Source: an uncultured Lachnospiraceae bacterium
GTDB taxonomy: Bacteria > Bacillota > Clostridia > Lachnospirales > Lachnospiraceae
DNA length: 48,240 nucleotides
Assembly: GCA_905233835.1 (NCBI GenBank)
Contig: CAJOGB010000001.1
Coordinates: 1 to 48,240 of the forward strand
Reading direction: 5' to 3'
The notes beneath the pieces were generated by a model. The model was given only the letters and a program-made list of their open reading frames with translations, searched no databases and was not told the DNA's origin. The position numbers were made by a program, and so were the translations under genes. How positions within the stretch are numbered: position 1 is the first letter of the stretch; every line of letters starts with the position of its first letter. This document shows positions 36,565 to 47,532 of this stretch, piece by piece.

Positions 36565-38148
36565 TTAAAAGTCTTCTACATCTATTTTAATATCTGCCTC
36601 TTGGGCAAAGTGTGCAATGGCATCCGGATAAATCTTGGAGCTATCCACACCTGTACTATTTAAAGTAAATTTGATTGGAATGTCAACCTCCAGATACTGG
36701 GAAAACATTTCGTGAATGGATTCTTTGCGCTCTTCGCATTCCTTATAGGCCAAGTTCTGCGTTTGATCGTGTGCATCAAACACCACCACAAAGGATCCGT
36801 CCTCTTCCACCGTAGCTCTTCCTTTGGGAAGAATGGTTCGAAGATAAGGATTTTCCATACCGGAAAGGAAATTTTTCCACTCACGAACTGCTTTTTTCAC
36901 ATCATCGGCAACCGCTTTGGGAAGTTCCTTTTTCTTTATCTGCTCCGTAGGCGCTGCGCCCTGCATCTGCATGGGGGAAACCATAGGGATTCCTTCTTCC
37001 ATCTTTTGCTCTAACTGACCGATACGGTCAACCAAAGAACCAAAGTCTTTTTCCATCTGCGGAGAGCAAAGTTTTACAATGGCGATTTCCAGCATCACGC
37101 GCTTCTGGGTGGAATACTTCATCTGTGCCAAAAGCTCGGATGCGATTCGGATATAGCGCATTACCACTTCCATATCCACCATAGCCGCTTCTTCTTTTAA
37201 CCGTGCCAAATTTTCGGAAGACATCTCAAGTGCGTTTTCCATGTTGGCATCACTTGTAAGAAGCATTAAGTTTCTTAGATACCAAATAAAATCATTTACA
37301 AACTGATCTAGGGCACGACCTAAGGTTACGATTTCTTCCACCACGCCGATGGCTTCGTTTGTGTTATGAGAAATAATCGCGCGAAGAAGTTTGGAAAAAA
37401 TCTCCGTATCCACGGCGCCTAAGTTATTTAATACTTTATCGTAGGTCAGTTCTTCACCGATATAAAAGGCGATACACTGATCCATTAAAGAGATGGCATC
37501 ACGCATGGAACCGTCACCGGCTTTTGCGATATAGGTAAGAGCCTTATCCTCAATCACTACGCCTTCTGCATCTGCCAATTCCTTTAGGCGATCGTGAATG
37601 GTTTCAATCGTAATTCGATGGAAATCATAGCGTTGTACACGAGACATAATGGTAATTGGAATCTTATGCACTTCCGTGGTCGCCAAGATAAAAATGACGT
37701 AGGAAGGTGGCTCTTCCAAAGTCTTTAAAAGTGCATTAAATGCAGAACCGGATAACTCGTGAACCTCGTCGATGATATAAACCTTATAGTTTCCTTCCGT
37801 AGGCGGATAAGAAACTTCCTCGATAATCTGACGTATATCATCTACACTGGTATGCGCCGCCGCATCCAGTTCGATGACATTCATGGAGGCTCCTTTATTT
37901 GCCGCCTGACAGCAGGAGCACTGGCCGCACGGACTTCCGTCCTCCAATGGATGCTCACAGTTTACTGCCTTGGCAAAGAGTTTCGCCATGGTGGTTTTTC
38001 CGGTTCCTCTGGTTCCGGTAAACAGATAGGCATGTCCTATACGCCCGGTTTTTATTTGATTTTTCAATGTGGTCACGATATGATCCTGACCTTTTACCTC
38101 CGAAAATTCCTGTGGTCGGAACTTTCGATACAATGCCTGATAGGACAT
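36565..38148 (-). CDS. dnaX: DNA polymerase III subunit gamma/tau
   Basis: 527 aa. It reads YRKFRPQEFSEVKGQDHI, GTRGTGKTT, has the zinc module CEHPLEDGSPCGQCSCC, and Walker B YIIDEVHELS. Confidence 0.95.
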   Translation of the reverse strand: MSYQALYRKFRPQEFSEVKGQDHIVTTLKNQIKTGRIGHAYLFTGTRGTGKTTMAKLFAKAVNCEHPLEDGSPCGQCSCCQAANKGASMNVIELDAAAHTSVDDIRQIIEEVSYPPTEGNYKVYIIDEVHELSGSAFNALLKTLEEPPSYVIFILATTEVHKIPITIMSRVQRYDFHRITIETIHDRLKELADAEGVVIEDKALTYIAKAGDGSMRDAISLMDQCIAFYIGEELTYDKVLNNLGAVDTEIFSKLLRAIISHNTNEAIGVVEEIVTLGRALDQFVNDFIWYLRNLMLLTSDANMENALEMSSENLARLKEEAAMVDMEVVMRYIRIASELLAQMKYSTQKRVMLEIAIVKLCSPQMEKDFGSLVDRIGQLEQKMEEGIPMVSPMQMQGAAPTEQIKKKELPKAVADDVKKAVREWKNFLSGMENPYLRTILPKGRATVEEDGSFVVVFDAHDQTQNLAYKECEERKESIHEMFSQYLEVDIPIKFTLNSTGVDSSKIYPDAIAHFAQEADIKIDVEDF

Positions 38149-38169
38149 GTAGTTTCCTCTTTTCTGGTT

Positions 38170-39243
38170 TTATTCGTCACCGAAGCTGATTCCCATAAGC
38201 TTTGCTTCTTTAATCATCTTGCAGTTTGGATCCACGGTTTTTAATTTGCCTGCCACGTCTTCCAACGGAACAAGTTTGGTCTCACCGTTTATAAGCGCTA
38301 CCATGTTACCGTATTTTTTCTCCATAATGGCCTTTGCGGCAGCGGAACCAAGTCTGGTACATAAAGCTCTATCGTACGGGCAGGGGCTTCCGCCTCGCTG
38401 GGTATGTCCCGGTACAGTAACTCGCGCTTCCGCTCCGGTCTTTTCTTCCACTAACTTTGCGATACGATAAGCAGCGGACGGATCCTTTTCTTTTTCACGT
38501 TTCTTACGAAGATCCTTTTTGGAAAGTTCCGCTTCCTTCTTTGAAATCGCACCTTCGGCTACGGCGATAATAGTAAAGCCTTTGCCTGCGGAATGTCTGC
38601 GATCAATAGCGGAAATAATTGCTTTTTCATCATAGGGAATCTCCGGCAAAAGAATAATATCCGCACCGGATGCGATTCCGGAATACAATGTTAACCATCC
38701 AACTTTATGTCCCATAACTTCTACGATAAATACACGGTTATGAGAAGCTGCGGTAGTATGAATGCGGTCAATGGCATCGCAGGCAACGTCAATTGCGCTG
38801 TAGAAACCAAAGGTCATATCCGTTCCGTAGATATCGTTATCAATAGTCTTTGGAAGATGGATAACATTTAAGCCCTCTTCTCGAAGAAGATTTGCGGTCT
38901 TCTGTGAACCGTTTCCACCGAGAACCACAAGGCAATCCAAGTTTAACTTGTAGTAAGTGGACTTCATGGCTTCTACTTTGTCCAGTCCGTTTTCATCCGG
39001 TGTACGCATCTCTTTAAATGGGCAACGGGAAGATCCTAAGATGGTGCCGCCCTTGGTTAAGATGCCGGAAAAATCATTGCTGGTCAAGAGTCTGTAATCG
39101 CTGTAGATAAGACCTTTGTAGCCGTTGAAGAATCCGTAGACTTCCAAGTTATCAACGTTGTTTGAAAGTCCTTTTACGACGCCGCGCATAGCTGCATTCA
39201 AAGCCTGGCAGTCGCCTCCGCTGGTTAACAATCCTATTTTCAT
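38170..39243 (-). CDS. pfkA: 6-phosphofructokinase (about 360-aa clostridial-type PfkA family)
   Basis: MKIGLLTSGGDCQALNAAMRGVV, GGNGS, PKTIDNDI, MGHKVGW and HTQRGG motifs. Confidence 0.85.
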   Translation of the reverse strand: MKIGLLTSGGDCQALNAAMRGVVKGLSNNVDNLEVYGFFNGYKGLIYSDYRLLTSNDFSGILTKGGTILGSSRCPFKEMRTPDENGLDKVEAMKSTYYKLNLDCLVVLGGNGSQKTANLLREEGLNVIHLPKTIDNDIYGTDMTFGFYSAIDVACDAIDRIHTTAASHNRVFIVEVMGHKVGWLTLYSGIASGADIILLPEIPYDEKAIISAIDRRHSAGKGFTIIAVAEGAISKKEAELSKKDLRKKREKEKDPSAAYRIAKLVEEKTGAEARVTVPGHTQRGGSPCPYDRALCTRLGSAAAKAIMEKKYGNMVALINGETKLVPLEDVAGKLKTVDPNCKMIKEAKLMGISFGDE

Positions 39244-39316
39244 TATTCTCTCCTCCTTTTGCTGTGATTCTTTTAAATTACAATTTATATGACTATCCCA
39301 GATAAATTGTTATTTA

Positions 39317-40768
39317 TTATAGTTCCTCGATGATTCTGCGTACAAACTCATAAGTACGGGCAGTGGACGATATCGATAATCGTTCGTCCGGGGTGTGGAT
39401 GTCCTGCATATCCGGGCCCATGGATACGGCATCGAGTCCCGGAATTTTTCCGGATAATAAACCACATTCCAAGCCGGCGTGAATCGCACGAACTTCCAAA
39501 TCTTTTCCAAACATGTCTTTGTAGATACGCTGCAACGTATCGCGGAGCGGGGATTTCTTTTTAAACTCCCATGCCGGATACTCGCCGTGCATATCCACAG
39601 TACATCCAAGTCCCTCTGCCACAAAACGAAGCTTTTCTGTTAAAGCCGCATAGGAACTTGCCACAGAGCTTCGTACGGAAAATCCTAAAACCACGCCGGT
39701 TTTCTCTGTATAAGTAATGCCGAGGTTCAAAGAAGTCTCAACCAATCCTTCAATGTCGCGGCTCATTCTTCGAATACCATTTGGCAGAGAAGAGATTAAA
39801 AGCAGTACCTTCTTTGTGGATTCTTTTGTCATGGGAATCGCACCGGTTTTGCCGTCTTTTACGACCACCTTCAACTCTGTATCTGTCTTAGAAAACTCAG
39901 CGGAGATTTCTTTGCTTACTTCCTCCACCAAAGCTTTTACTTTTTCACCGTCGTTTCTTTTTACGGCAAGCTTTGCACTTGCTTCACGAGGAATGGCATT
40001 GTCTTTGCTTCCACCGGTGATTTCGGTAATTCGAAAATCAATACCCTTTGCATCCAAACGACGAAGCACACGGCTTAAAAGAATGGTGGCATTTCCACGT
40101 CCTTTATCGATTTCATCACCGGAATGACCGCCCTTTCCGTCAACAACCTCTACAGCGATTGGGCAGAAATCTTCCAAGCCTTCATCTGTTCGTTCTACCG
40201 GACAAGTGATGCGAGCGGTTCCACCTCCTGCACAGCTGGCAAGGACCTCACCTTCTTTTTCACTGTCTAAATTTAATAAGAGTTTTCCTTTGATTGGCGC
40301 AACATCCAAATCTCTGGCGCCGTCCATACCCACTTCTTCGGATACAGTACAAATAAACTCCAAACGCGGATGCTTTAACGTCTCATCGGATAATAGAGCC
40401 AACGCAAATGCAACAGCGATACCGTCATCGCCTCCGAGGGTGGTTTGCTCAGCGGATAACCAGTCGCCTTCCACAACCAGATCCAAGCCTTCCTTTTCCA
40501 TATCTTTGGTACAATCGGAAGTCTTTTCACAAACCATATCCATATGGCCCTGAAGGATAATTGGCTCCTTATTTTCATAGCCCGGGGTTGCTTCCTTAAT
40601 CATGATGACGTTATAAATCGCATCCTGATAGCATTCCAGGTTATGCTCTTTTGCGAAGGCTACCAAATAATCACTGATAGCCTTTTCTTTATAGGAAGGT
40701 CTCGGAATATCGGAGATCTCCTTAAAATAACGAAATACTTCCTTCGGTTCTAAATCATTAATGTTCAT
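39317..40768 (-). CDS. pepD: Aminoacyl-histidine (Xaa-His) dipeptidase, M20C family
   Basis: 483 aa. It reads IPRPSYKEKAISDYL, LQGHMDMV, GGDDGIAVA and SEEVGMDGA. Confidence 0.85.
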   Translation of the reverse strand: MNINDLEPKEVFRYFKEISDIPRPSYKEKAISDYLVAFAKEHNLECYQDAIYNVIMIKEATPGYENKEPIILQGHMDMVCEKTSDCTKDMEKEGLDLVVEGDWLSAEQTTLGGDDGIAVAFALALLSDETLKHPRLEFICTVSEEVGMDGARDLDVAPIKGKLLLNLDSEKEGEVLASCAGGGTARITCPVERTDEGLEDFCPIAVEVVDGKGGHSGDEIDKGRGNATILLSRVLRRLDAKGIDFRITEITGGSKDNAIPREASAKLAVKRNDGEKVKALVEEVSKEISAEFSKTDTELKVVVKDGKTGAIPMTKESTKKVLLLISSLPNGIRRMSRDIEGLVETSLNLGITYTEKTGVVLGFSVRSSVASSYAALTEKLRFVAEGLGCTVDMHGEYPAWEFKKKSPLRDTLQRIYKDMFGKDLEVRAIHAGLECGLLSGKIPGLDAVSMGPDMQDIHTPDERLSISSTARTYEFVRRIIEEL

Positions 40769-42107
40769 TTTCGAATCTGTCCTTTAATTCCTGGGGTGCT
40801 TCCGCTTCGATGGTACCCTTTGGATACTCGCCGTACTCACATCCCACGTTTCTTATTTCGATGTCATCCATCAATTCCCATTCCCATTTGTTTTTTATGG
40901 AAATGTTTTTCTTATAAATCTGGATGGTGCCCACACCGTTTCCGCCGTTCCAAAGATTTGTATGACGGAATCCACCATCCGGAGACTCATAGCGAATCTT
41001 TAACATATCTTTTTTGTCACAGGAAACCTCCACCTTTAACTTATGAAGGGGCGTCTCCTGCTCCACACGCCAAACCAGACGGTTTTTCTTTTCTGCAACT
41101 TTGTAGTTGGTCTTTGTTAAAGTCCAAAACTTAGAAAAGTTAAACTCTAAGGGCTGTCCTTCATACCAGAATGCGGAAAGCAGTTTTCCTTCAATGGCAA
41201 ACGGTCCAACCTTCGGACGACCGCCGCCGATATCGATAACGGAGTTTTCCAAACGCTTTCCGGTTAACTTACTTACCATGTTATTAGAGGAAAGCCAAAG
41301 CCAAGGGCTGGTAAAATCGCTTCCCCAGTTTTTATCCGCATATCCGTAGCAGGTATCCGGATCCACTTTATACTCTTCGCCGTTAAAGAAAACGGTTCCC
41401 GTAAATCCGGTCTTCATGCCCTGAGCATGCCAAAACATCTGAAAGGCATCCGTCTCACGAAGGGCCCAGCCTGCACCGTAGCCTACGTTAAAGGAAACTT
41501 TTTTATCAATCTGCAAATCCCAAATCATTTTTCCGGCATCGGTTAACCACTCAGGATGGTTCTTTGCCTCAACGTCAGAAATCTCCACACGACCCATGGT
41601 TCTGGTCTCGGAGCAGAAGCAATCTTCGGCACTGATAATAAAGGGAACTTCGTCCTTTACGGTCACATCATCCCATGCAAAGAATCGATGCAACTGGCAA
41701 GCACCCTCGCCCCAAGCTCCCGCCTTTACCATCATATAACTTGGGCGAATGCCGGCTTCTTTATTTCCCGGAAGCTGTCCAAAGACAGGCTCTTTTCCGC
41801 CCAATTCCGGATTTATTGTAAAAAACTCGATAAAGAATGCTTTTTCCTCACCGGTTTTTACGTTATGTCCGGTAAAAGAATGCCACCACCAGTCATAGCC
41901 TTCTTTTGCCAATGGTCCGTGAAGCATAAAGGCATCTCTGAATTCATCCGGATGGTTAAATCCGTTATCATTTCCCATGCCGTCTAAGGTCTCGGATACT
42001 TTCTCCGATACCGCACCTGCCGCCTCAGAAACTTTTTCCGAAACGGTTCCGGCTGCTTTATGAATCGCTTCTTTTTGTTTTTCTAAATCAATCTTCGGTA
42101 ATTCCAT
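40758..42107 (-). CDS. Hypothetical protein; N-terminal 2 x 11-aa repeat, then a beta-rich domain possibly AttH/CrtC-lipocalin-like
   Basis: I prefer the ATG at 42107 (MELPKIDL), with AAGGAG 6 nt upstream, immediately after the pgm stop. GYDWWWHSFTGH recalls the EWWY motif of AttH/CrtC-type domains. That assignment is low-confidence. Confidence 0.5.
   Translation of the reverse strand: MELPKIDLEKQKEAIHKAAGTVSEKVSEAAGAVSEKVSETLDGMGNDNGFNHPDEFRDAFMLHGPLAKEGYDWWWHSFTGHNVKTGEEKAFFIEFFTINPELGGKEPVFGQLPGNKEAGIRPSYMMVKAGAWGEGACQLHRFFAWDDVTVKDEVPFIISAEDCFCSETRTMGRVEISDVEAKNHPEWLTDAGKMIWDLQIDKKVSFNVGYGAGWALRETDAFQMFWHAQGMKTGFTGTVFFNGEEYKVDPDTCYGYADKNWGSDFTSPWLWLSSNNMVSKLTGKRLENSVIDIGGGRPKVGPFAIEGKLLSAFWYEGQPLEFNFSKFWTLTKTNYKVAEKKNRLVWRVEQETPLHKLKVEVSCDKKDMLKIRYESPDGGFRHTNLWNGGNGVGTIQIYKKNISIKNKWEWELMDDIEIRNVGCEYGEYPKGTIEAEAPQELKDRFENEH
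41991..42056 (-). repeat. Two tandem 33-bp coding repeats (AAGTVSEKVSE / AAGAVSEKVSE)
   Basis: Read directly from the translation and mapped onto plus-strand units 41991-42023 and 42024-42056. Confidence 0.8.
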
Positions 42108-42117
42108 GTCAGACTCC

Positions 42118-43842
42118 TTACTTCCCCATAAACTCAATAAGCGCTTCCTTTAACGCCTCAAGTTTTTCTTCGCTATCTTCTAATGAAGTGCCTTTTACAC
42201 CAAAGTAAAATTTAATCTTTGGCTCCGTACCCGACGGACGAATGCAGCACCAGGAGTTATTCTCCAACTCAAAATACAATACGTTGGAGTTCGGCAAACC
42301 GGTAGGTGTTACCTCTTTGGTCTTTAAATCCTTACGCTCATCTTTGGTGTAGTCACGGAGCGCTTCCACACGAAGTCCCGCCAAAGATACCGGCGGATTT
42401 TTCCGCGCTTTTTCCATCATGTCGGAAATCTGCTTTGCTCCATCCATACCCTTTAAGGTAATGGTATGAAGTCCCTCTTTGAAATAGCCGTACTTTTCGT
42501 ACATTAAAAGCATGGCATCCCAAAGGGTCTTGCCCTGACTCTTATAAAAAGCCGCCACTTCGCAAAGAAGCATTACCGCTACGCAGGCATCCTTATCTCT
42601 CGCATAGGTTCCTGCCAAGCAACCGTAGCTTTCTTCCAAACCAAAGACATAGTGATAACTCTGGTTTTCTTCAAACAGGCGAATCTGCTCGCCGATATAT
42701 TTAAATCCGGTTAACACTTCAATTAAGTTCACGCCGTATTCTTTTGCGATAACCTTTGCCATATCTGTGGTTACAATAGTTTCTACCAATGCCGCATGGG
42801 GTGGCATGGTATGTTCCAGGGTGCGCTCCCGCAAAATGTATTCGGCGATTAACATTCCGGACATATTTCCCGTAAAGGAAACGTACTCGCCGGTCTTGGT
42901 ATCTTTACAATACACACCAAGTCGGTCGGCATCCGGGTCCGTGGCCAAAATAATATCGGCATTTACTTCCTTTGCAAGTTCCAATGCCAATGTATAAGCA
43001 TTGGGATCTTCCGGATTCGGATAAGGAAGGGTCGGGAAGTTTCCGTCCGGTGCTTCCTGCTCACGAACCACATAAACCTTTTCAAATCCAAGCTCTTTTA
43101 ACACGCGACGAACCGGCTTATTTCCGGATCCGTTTAAAGGTGTATATACGATGGAAAAATCCTTTGCCATCTCACGAATGACTTCCGGATGAATGGACTG
43201 CTTTTTAAGCTCCTTCATGTAAGCATCATCGATTTTCTCACCGATGTTGATGTAAAGCTTCGCCTCTCTGGCTTCGCTTACTTTCATGGTTTTACACTGA
43301 TGAAGATCCGTTACCTTTGCGACCTCAGCCAAAATGTTTTTATCATGGGGCGGTGTAATCTGCGCACCGTCTTCCCAGTAAACCTTATATCCGTTGTACT
43401 CTCTCGGGTTATGGCTGGCGGTAATCACAATACCAGCGATGCAGTGAAGTTCGCGTACCGCAAAAGATAACTCCGGTGTAGGACGAAGGGACTCAAAACG
43501 ATAGGCTTTGATTCCGTTGGCCGCCAAGCAAAGTGCCGCCTCTTTGGAAAACTCCGGTGACATCAAACGGCTGTCATAGGCGATGGCCACGCCTTTTTCC
43601 TGACCGCCCTGGGCGATAATATAATTCGCAAGACCTTGAGTCGCTTGACGCACGGTGTAAATATTCATACGGTTTGTGCCTGCTCCGATAATTCCACGAA
43701 GTCCTCCGGTACCAAACTCTAAACTTCTGTAAAAACGATCCTCGATCTCTTTTTCATCTGTTAAAGCGCTTAGTTCCGCCCGGGTTTTCTCATCGAAATA
43801 CTCGTCGGTGCACCACTGTTTATAGATCTCTTTGTAAGACAT
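42118..43842 (-). CDS. pgm: Phosphoglucomutase (alpha-D-phosphohexomutase superfamily, PgcA-like)
   Basis: 574 aa. The active-site loop is TASHNPREYNGYK, the metal loop is DPDADR and the sugar loop is GLEESYG. Confidence 0.9.
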   Translation of the reverse strand: MSYKEIYKQWCTDEYFDEKTRAELSALTDEKEIEDRFYRSLEFGTGGLRGIIGAGTNRMNIYTVRQATQGLANYIIAQGGQEKGVAIAYDSRLMSPEFSKEAALCLAANGIKAYRFESLRPTPELSFAVRELHCIAGIVITASHNPREYNGYKVYWEDGAQITPPHDKNILAEVAKVTDLHQCKTMKVSEAREAKLYINIGEKIDDAYMKELKKQSIHPEVIREMAKDFSIVYTPLNGSGNKPVRRVLKELGFEKVYVVREQEAPDGNFPTLPYPNPEDPNAYTLALELAKEVNADIILATDPDADRLGVYCKDTKTGEYVSFTGNMSGMLIAEYILRERTLEHTMPPHAALVETIVTTDMAKVIAKEYGVNLIEVLTGFKYIGEQIRLFEENQSYHYVFGLEESYGCLAGTYARDKDACVAVMLLCEVAAFYKSQGKTLWDAMLLMYEKYGYFKEGLHTITLKGMDGAKQISDMMEKARKNPPVSLAGLRVEALRDYTKDERKDLKTKEVTPTGLPNSNVLYFELENNSWCCIRPSGTEPKIKFYFGVKGTSLEDSEEKLEALKEALIEFMGK

Positions 43843-43996
43843 AAACCCATCTCTCCTTGAAACCTTTTAAAAACAATTCCCTGAACATATATTATATAGG
43901 AAATAGGTTTATTTTTCATTAGCAAAAGAAGATTTTTCCGCAAAATCGTGGTATGATAGGGAAGTATTTTTATTCTAAAAATTTTATGGAGTAACT

Positions 43997-44497
43997 ATGA
44001 AACCACAGCTTACAAAAAACGATGTTGAAAAAATAGAAGCGGAAATCCGCGAGAGAACGTTGGTTCAAAGACCAAAACTCATTCAGGAGTTAAAAGAAGC
44101 CAGAGCCCAGGGGGACTTGTCCGAGAACTTTGAGTACTACGCAGCAAAGCGTGCCAAAGGACAAAACGACAGCCGCATCCGCTATTTAGAGAATATGATT
44201 AAAAACGCCATCATCATTGATGATACATCTTCAGAGGGAGAGGTTTCTTTAAACAATACCGTTACCTTTAAGTATGTAGATGATGACGAAGAAGAAACTG
44301 TAAAGATTGTAACTTCCATCCGCGGAAATACCGTATCCGGAAAGATTTCAAACGAATCTCCCATCGGAAAATCTTTGCTTGGACATAAGGTGGGTGACAT
44401 TTGTGAAGTGGAATTGCCAAACGGTGGAAGCTACGAGATTCAGATTACCTCTTTGGACCAGACTACCGGAGATGATGACTCCATCAGAACATACTAA
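43997..44497 (+). CDS. greA: Transcription elongation factor GreA
   Basis: 166 aa. The coiled-coil N-domain contains GDLSENFEYYAAK. The C-terminal FKBP-like domain contains SNESPIGKSLLGHKVGD. Confidence 0.9.
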   Translation: MKPQLTKNDVEKIEAEIRERTLVQRPKLIQELKEARAQGDLSENFEYYAAKRAKGQNDSRIRYLENMIKNAIIIDDTSSEGEVSLNNTVTFKYVDDDEEETVKIVTSIRGNTVSGKISNESPIGKSLLGHKVGDICEVELPNGGSYEIQITSLDQTTGDDDSIRTY

Positions 44498-44526
44498 ATA
44501 GTTTCCACCTCTCGCAAAAAGGTATA

Positions 44527-44572
44527 GAAAAAAACAGGAGATAGAGAACAATGCTCTATCTCCTGTTTTTTA
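44527..44572. terminator. Bidirectional rho-independent terminator between greA and the atp-distal small ORF
   Basis: A perfect 13-bp stem ACAGGAGATAGAG / CTCTATCTCCTGT with a 7-nt loop. It is flanked by an A-run upstream and a T-run downstream. Confidence 0.9.
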
Positions 44573-44791
44573 TTATTTCTGTTTCTTGCGCTGTTCATAC
44601 AGCAGTTGAAGCATATCTTCTTCGTATTTTTCGTCGGAGTACTTCGCTAGTTCCTCCATAATATGCTTCTCTTTTCCCGCCAAACGACTCAGCTCCGCTT
44701 CGAGCTTCGCCTTTTCGGTCTGGATGAACTGAAGCTCAATCTTTAAATCATGAATGGCTTCTTTGTTGTAGATTTGTCGTTTATTTTCCAT
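44573..44791 (-). CDS. Small hypothetical coiled-coil protein downstream of atpC
   Basis: 72-aa E/K-rich ORF, 5 nt after the atpC stop. It ends at the bidirectional terminator. No family recognised. Confidence 0.45.
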   Translation of the reverse strand: MENKRQIYNKEAIHDLKIELQFIQTEKAKLEAELSRLAGKEKHIMEELAKYSDEKYEEDMLQLLYEQRKKQK

Positions 44792-44796
44792 ATACG

Positions 44797-45204
44797 CTAC
44801 CCTACAATCGTCTGACGAACCAAAGCGCGCTTTAAGGCAAGCTCCGCGCGAAGAACATCCAAGCCTTCTTCCTTAGCGGAAAGTCTTTTCTGGGCACGTT
44901 CTTCCGCAGCTTTTGCACGAGCTACGTCGATTTCCTCCGGCCACTCCGCCACTTCCGCAAGAAGAGTCACCTTATCATTCAAAATCTCGGAAAATCCCGC
45001 GTGTACTGCTGCCTTTTTCTCTCCATCCTCTTCGTGGATGGTAACAACTCCGGGCGCTAAAACAACCGTGGTAGGCACATGGTTTTTATAAACACCGATT
45101 TCGCCTTCTGTGGTATTAAACTCAATCATAGACGCATCGCCTTTGTAGAAAACGCGATCCGGCGTGATGATTTCAACCACGAATTTGTTGCTCGCTTCTG
45201 CCAT
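44797..45204 (-). CDS. atpC: F0F1 ATP synthase subunit epsilon
   Basis: 135 aa. It has a beta-sandwich N-domain (VEIITPDRVFYKG...) plus a helical C-tail, and sits after atpD. Confidence 0.9.
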   Translation of the reverse strand: MAEASNKFVVEIITPDRVFYKGDASMIEFNTTEGEIGVYKNHVPTTVVLAPGVVTIHEEDGEKKAAVHAGFSEILNDKVTLLAEVAEWPEEIDVARAKAAEERAQKRLSAKEEGLDVLRAELALKRALVRQTIVG

Positions 45205-45215
45205 GGACTGCCTCC

Positions 45216-46616
<1,401 letters not shown>

Positions 46617-46632
46617 TCACTCCTTTTCTTTC

Positions 46633-47499
46633 TTACGAGATAGCTTCTGCTCCCGCAATAATCTCTGTTAATTCCTGAGTAATCGATCCCTGACGAGCTC
46701 TGTTGTAAGAAAGTGTCAGGTTCTCAATCATCTCCTCAGCGTTTGAGGTAGCAGAATCCATTGCCTGCATTCTGGCACCATTTTCACTGGCAACTGCCTC
46801 GATCAGTGCTCCGTATACCAAGCTGGTTACGTACTTCGGAATGATCATTCCGATGGCTTCCTCCGGATTCGGCTCAAAGTTCATTAAAACATTGGAACCC
46901 TCGCCGGACTCTGCAATCTCTTCCTCGGAAATCTCAACCGGTAACAGTTTTAACAGCTTTGGTTCATGAACCACTGTGTTTTTAAAGTGTGTATACGCCA
47001 GATAAATTTCTGTAATCTCTCCGGCAGCATATGCATCCAACAACTGTTTACAAATGCGGCTTGCGTCGTCATAGGTCGGCGCTTCCATCACATCCGACTC
47101 ATCCACTGCCACTTGGTAGCCTCTGTGGGTAAGTCCTTCCATACCTTTTCGTCCGATACAGTAAAGCTGAGAGTTTTCCGGAGTAATCTCATCAAAATCT
47201 CGAATGAGCTTTACCACGTTGGAGTTGTATCCTCCCGCAAGACCACGGTTGGAAGAAATCACGATGACTCCCTTCTTTCCGCCGTCGCGTTGCATCAGAT
47301 ACGGATGGTTGATGTTTTTTGTCTTCGCAAGCATGGAACAAATCGTATTGTACATGTAGTTAAAATACGGTGTGGTGCTCTCTGCATGCTGTTTTGCCTT
47401 TTGTAACTTAACGGTGGATACAAGCTTCATAGCCTTTGTAATCTGCTGCGTACTGGAAATACTGGTTCTACGACGCTTTATATCTCTCATTGAGGCCAT
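46633..47499 (-). CDS. atpG: F0F1 ATP synthase subunit gamma
   Basis: 288 aa. The N-terminus is MASMRDIKRRRTSISSTQQITKAMKLVS and the C-terminus is RQGSITQELTEIIAGAEAI. Confidence 0.95.
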   Translation of the reverse strand: MASMRDIKRRRTSISSTQQITKAMKLVSTVKLQKAKQHAESTTPYFNYMYNTICSMLAKTKNINHPYLMQRDGGKKGVIVISSNRGLAGGYNSNVVKLIRDFDEITPENSQLYCIGRKGMEGLTHRGYQVAVDESDVMEAPTYDDASRICKQLLDAYAAGEITEIYLAYTHFKNTVVHEPKLLKLLPVEISEEEIAESGEGSNVLMNFEPNPEEAIGMIIPKYVTSLVYGALIEAVASENGARMQAMDSATSNAEEMIENLTLSYNRARQGSITQELTEIIAGAEAIS

Positions 47500-47532
47500 G
47501 TGCTTTCACCACCTTTCTTAAACATGATTTCC

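Noticed and set aside
36885-36900. A6G run in dnaX (GTG AAA AAA GCA) with a -1 frame stop three codons downstream, reminiscent of the E. coli tau/gamma frameshift site
   Set aside because: The heptamer is G AAA AAA in the zero frame, not a canonical X XXY YYZ site. I see no convincing downstream stem-loop or upstream SD-like stimulator. A6 runs are common at this base composition, and gamma production by frameshifting is not established for Firmicutes.
39310-39624. 104-aa minus-strand ORF overlapping the 3' end of pepD in another frame
   Set aside because: It lies entirely within the well-supported pepD coding region, so it is an alternative-frame artefact.
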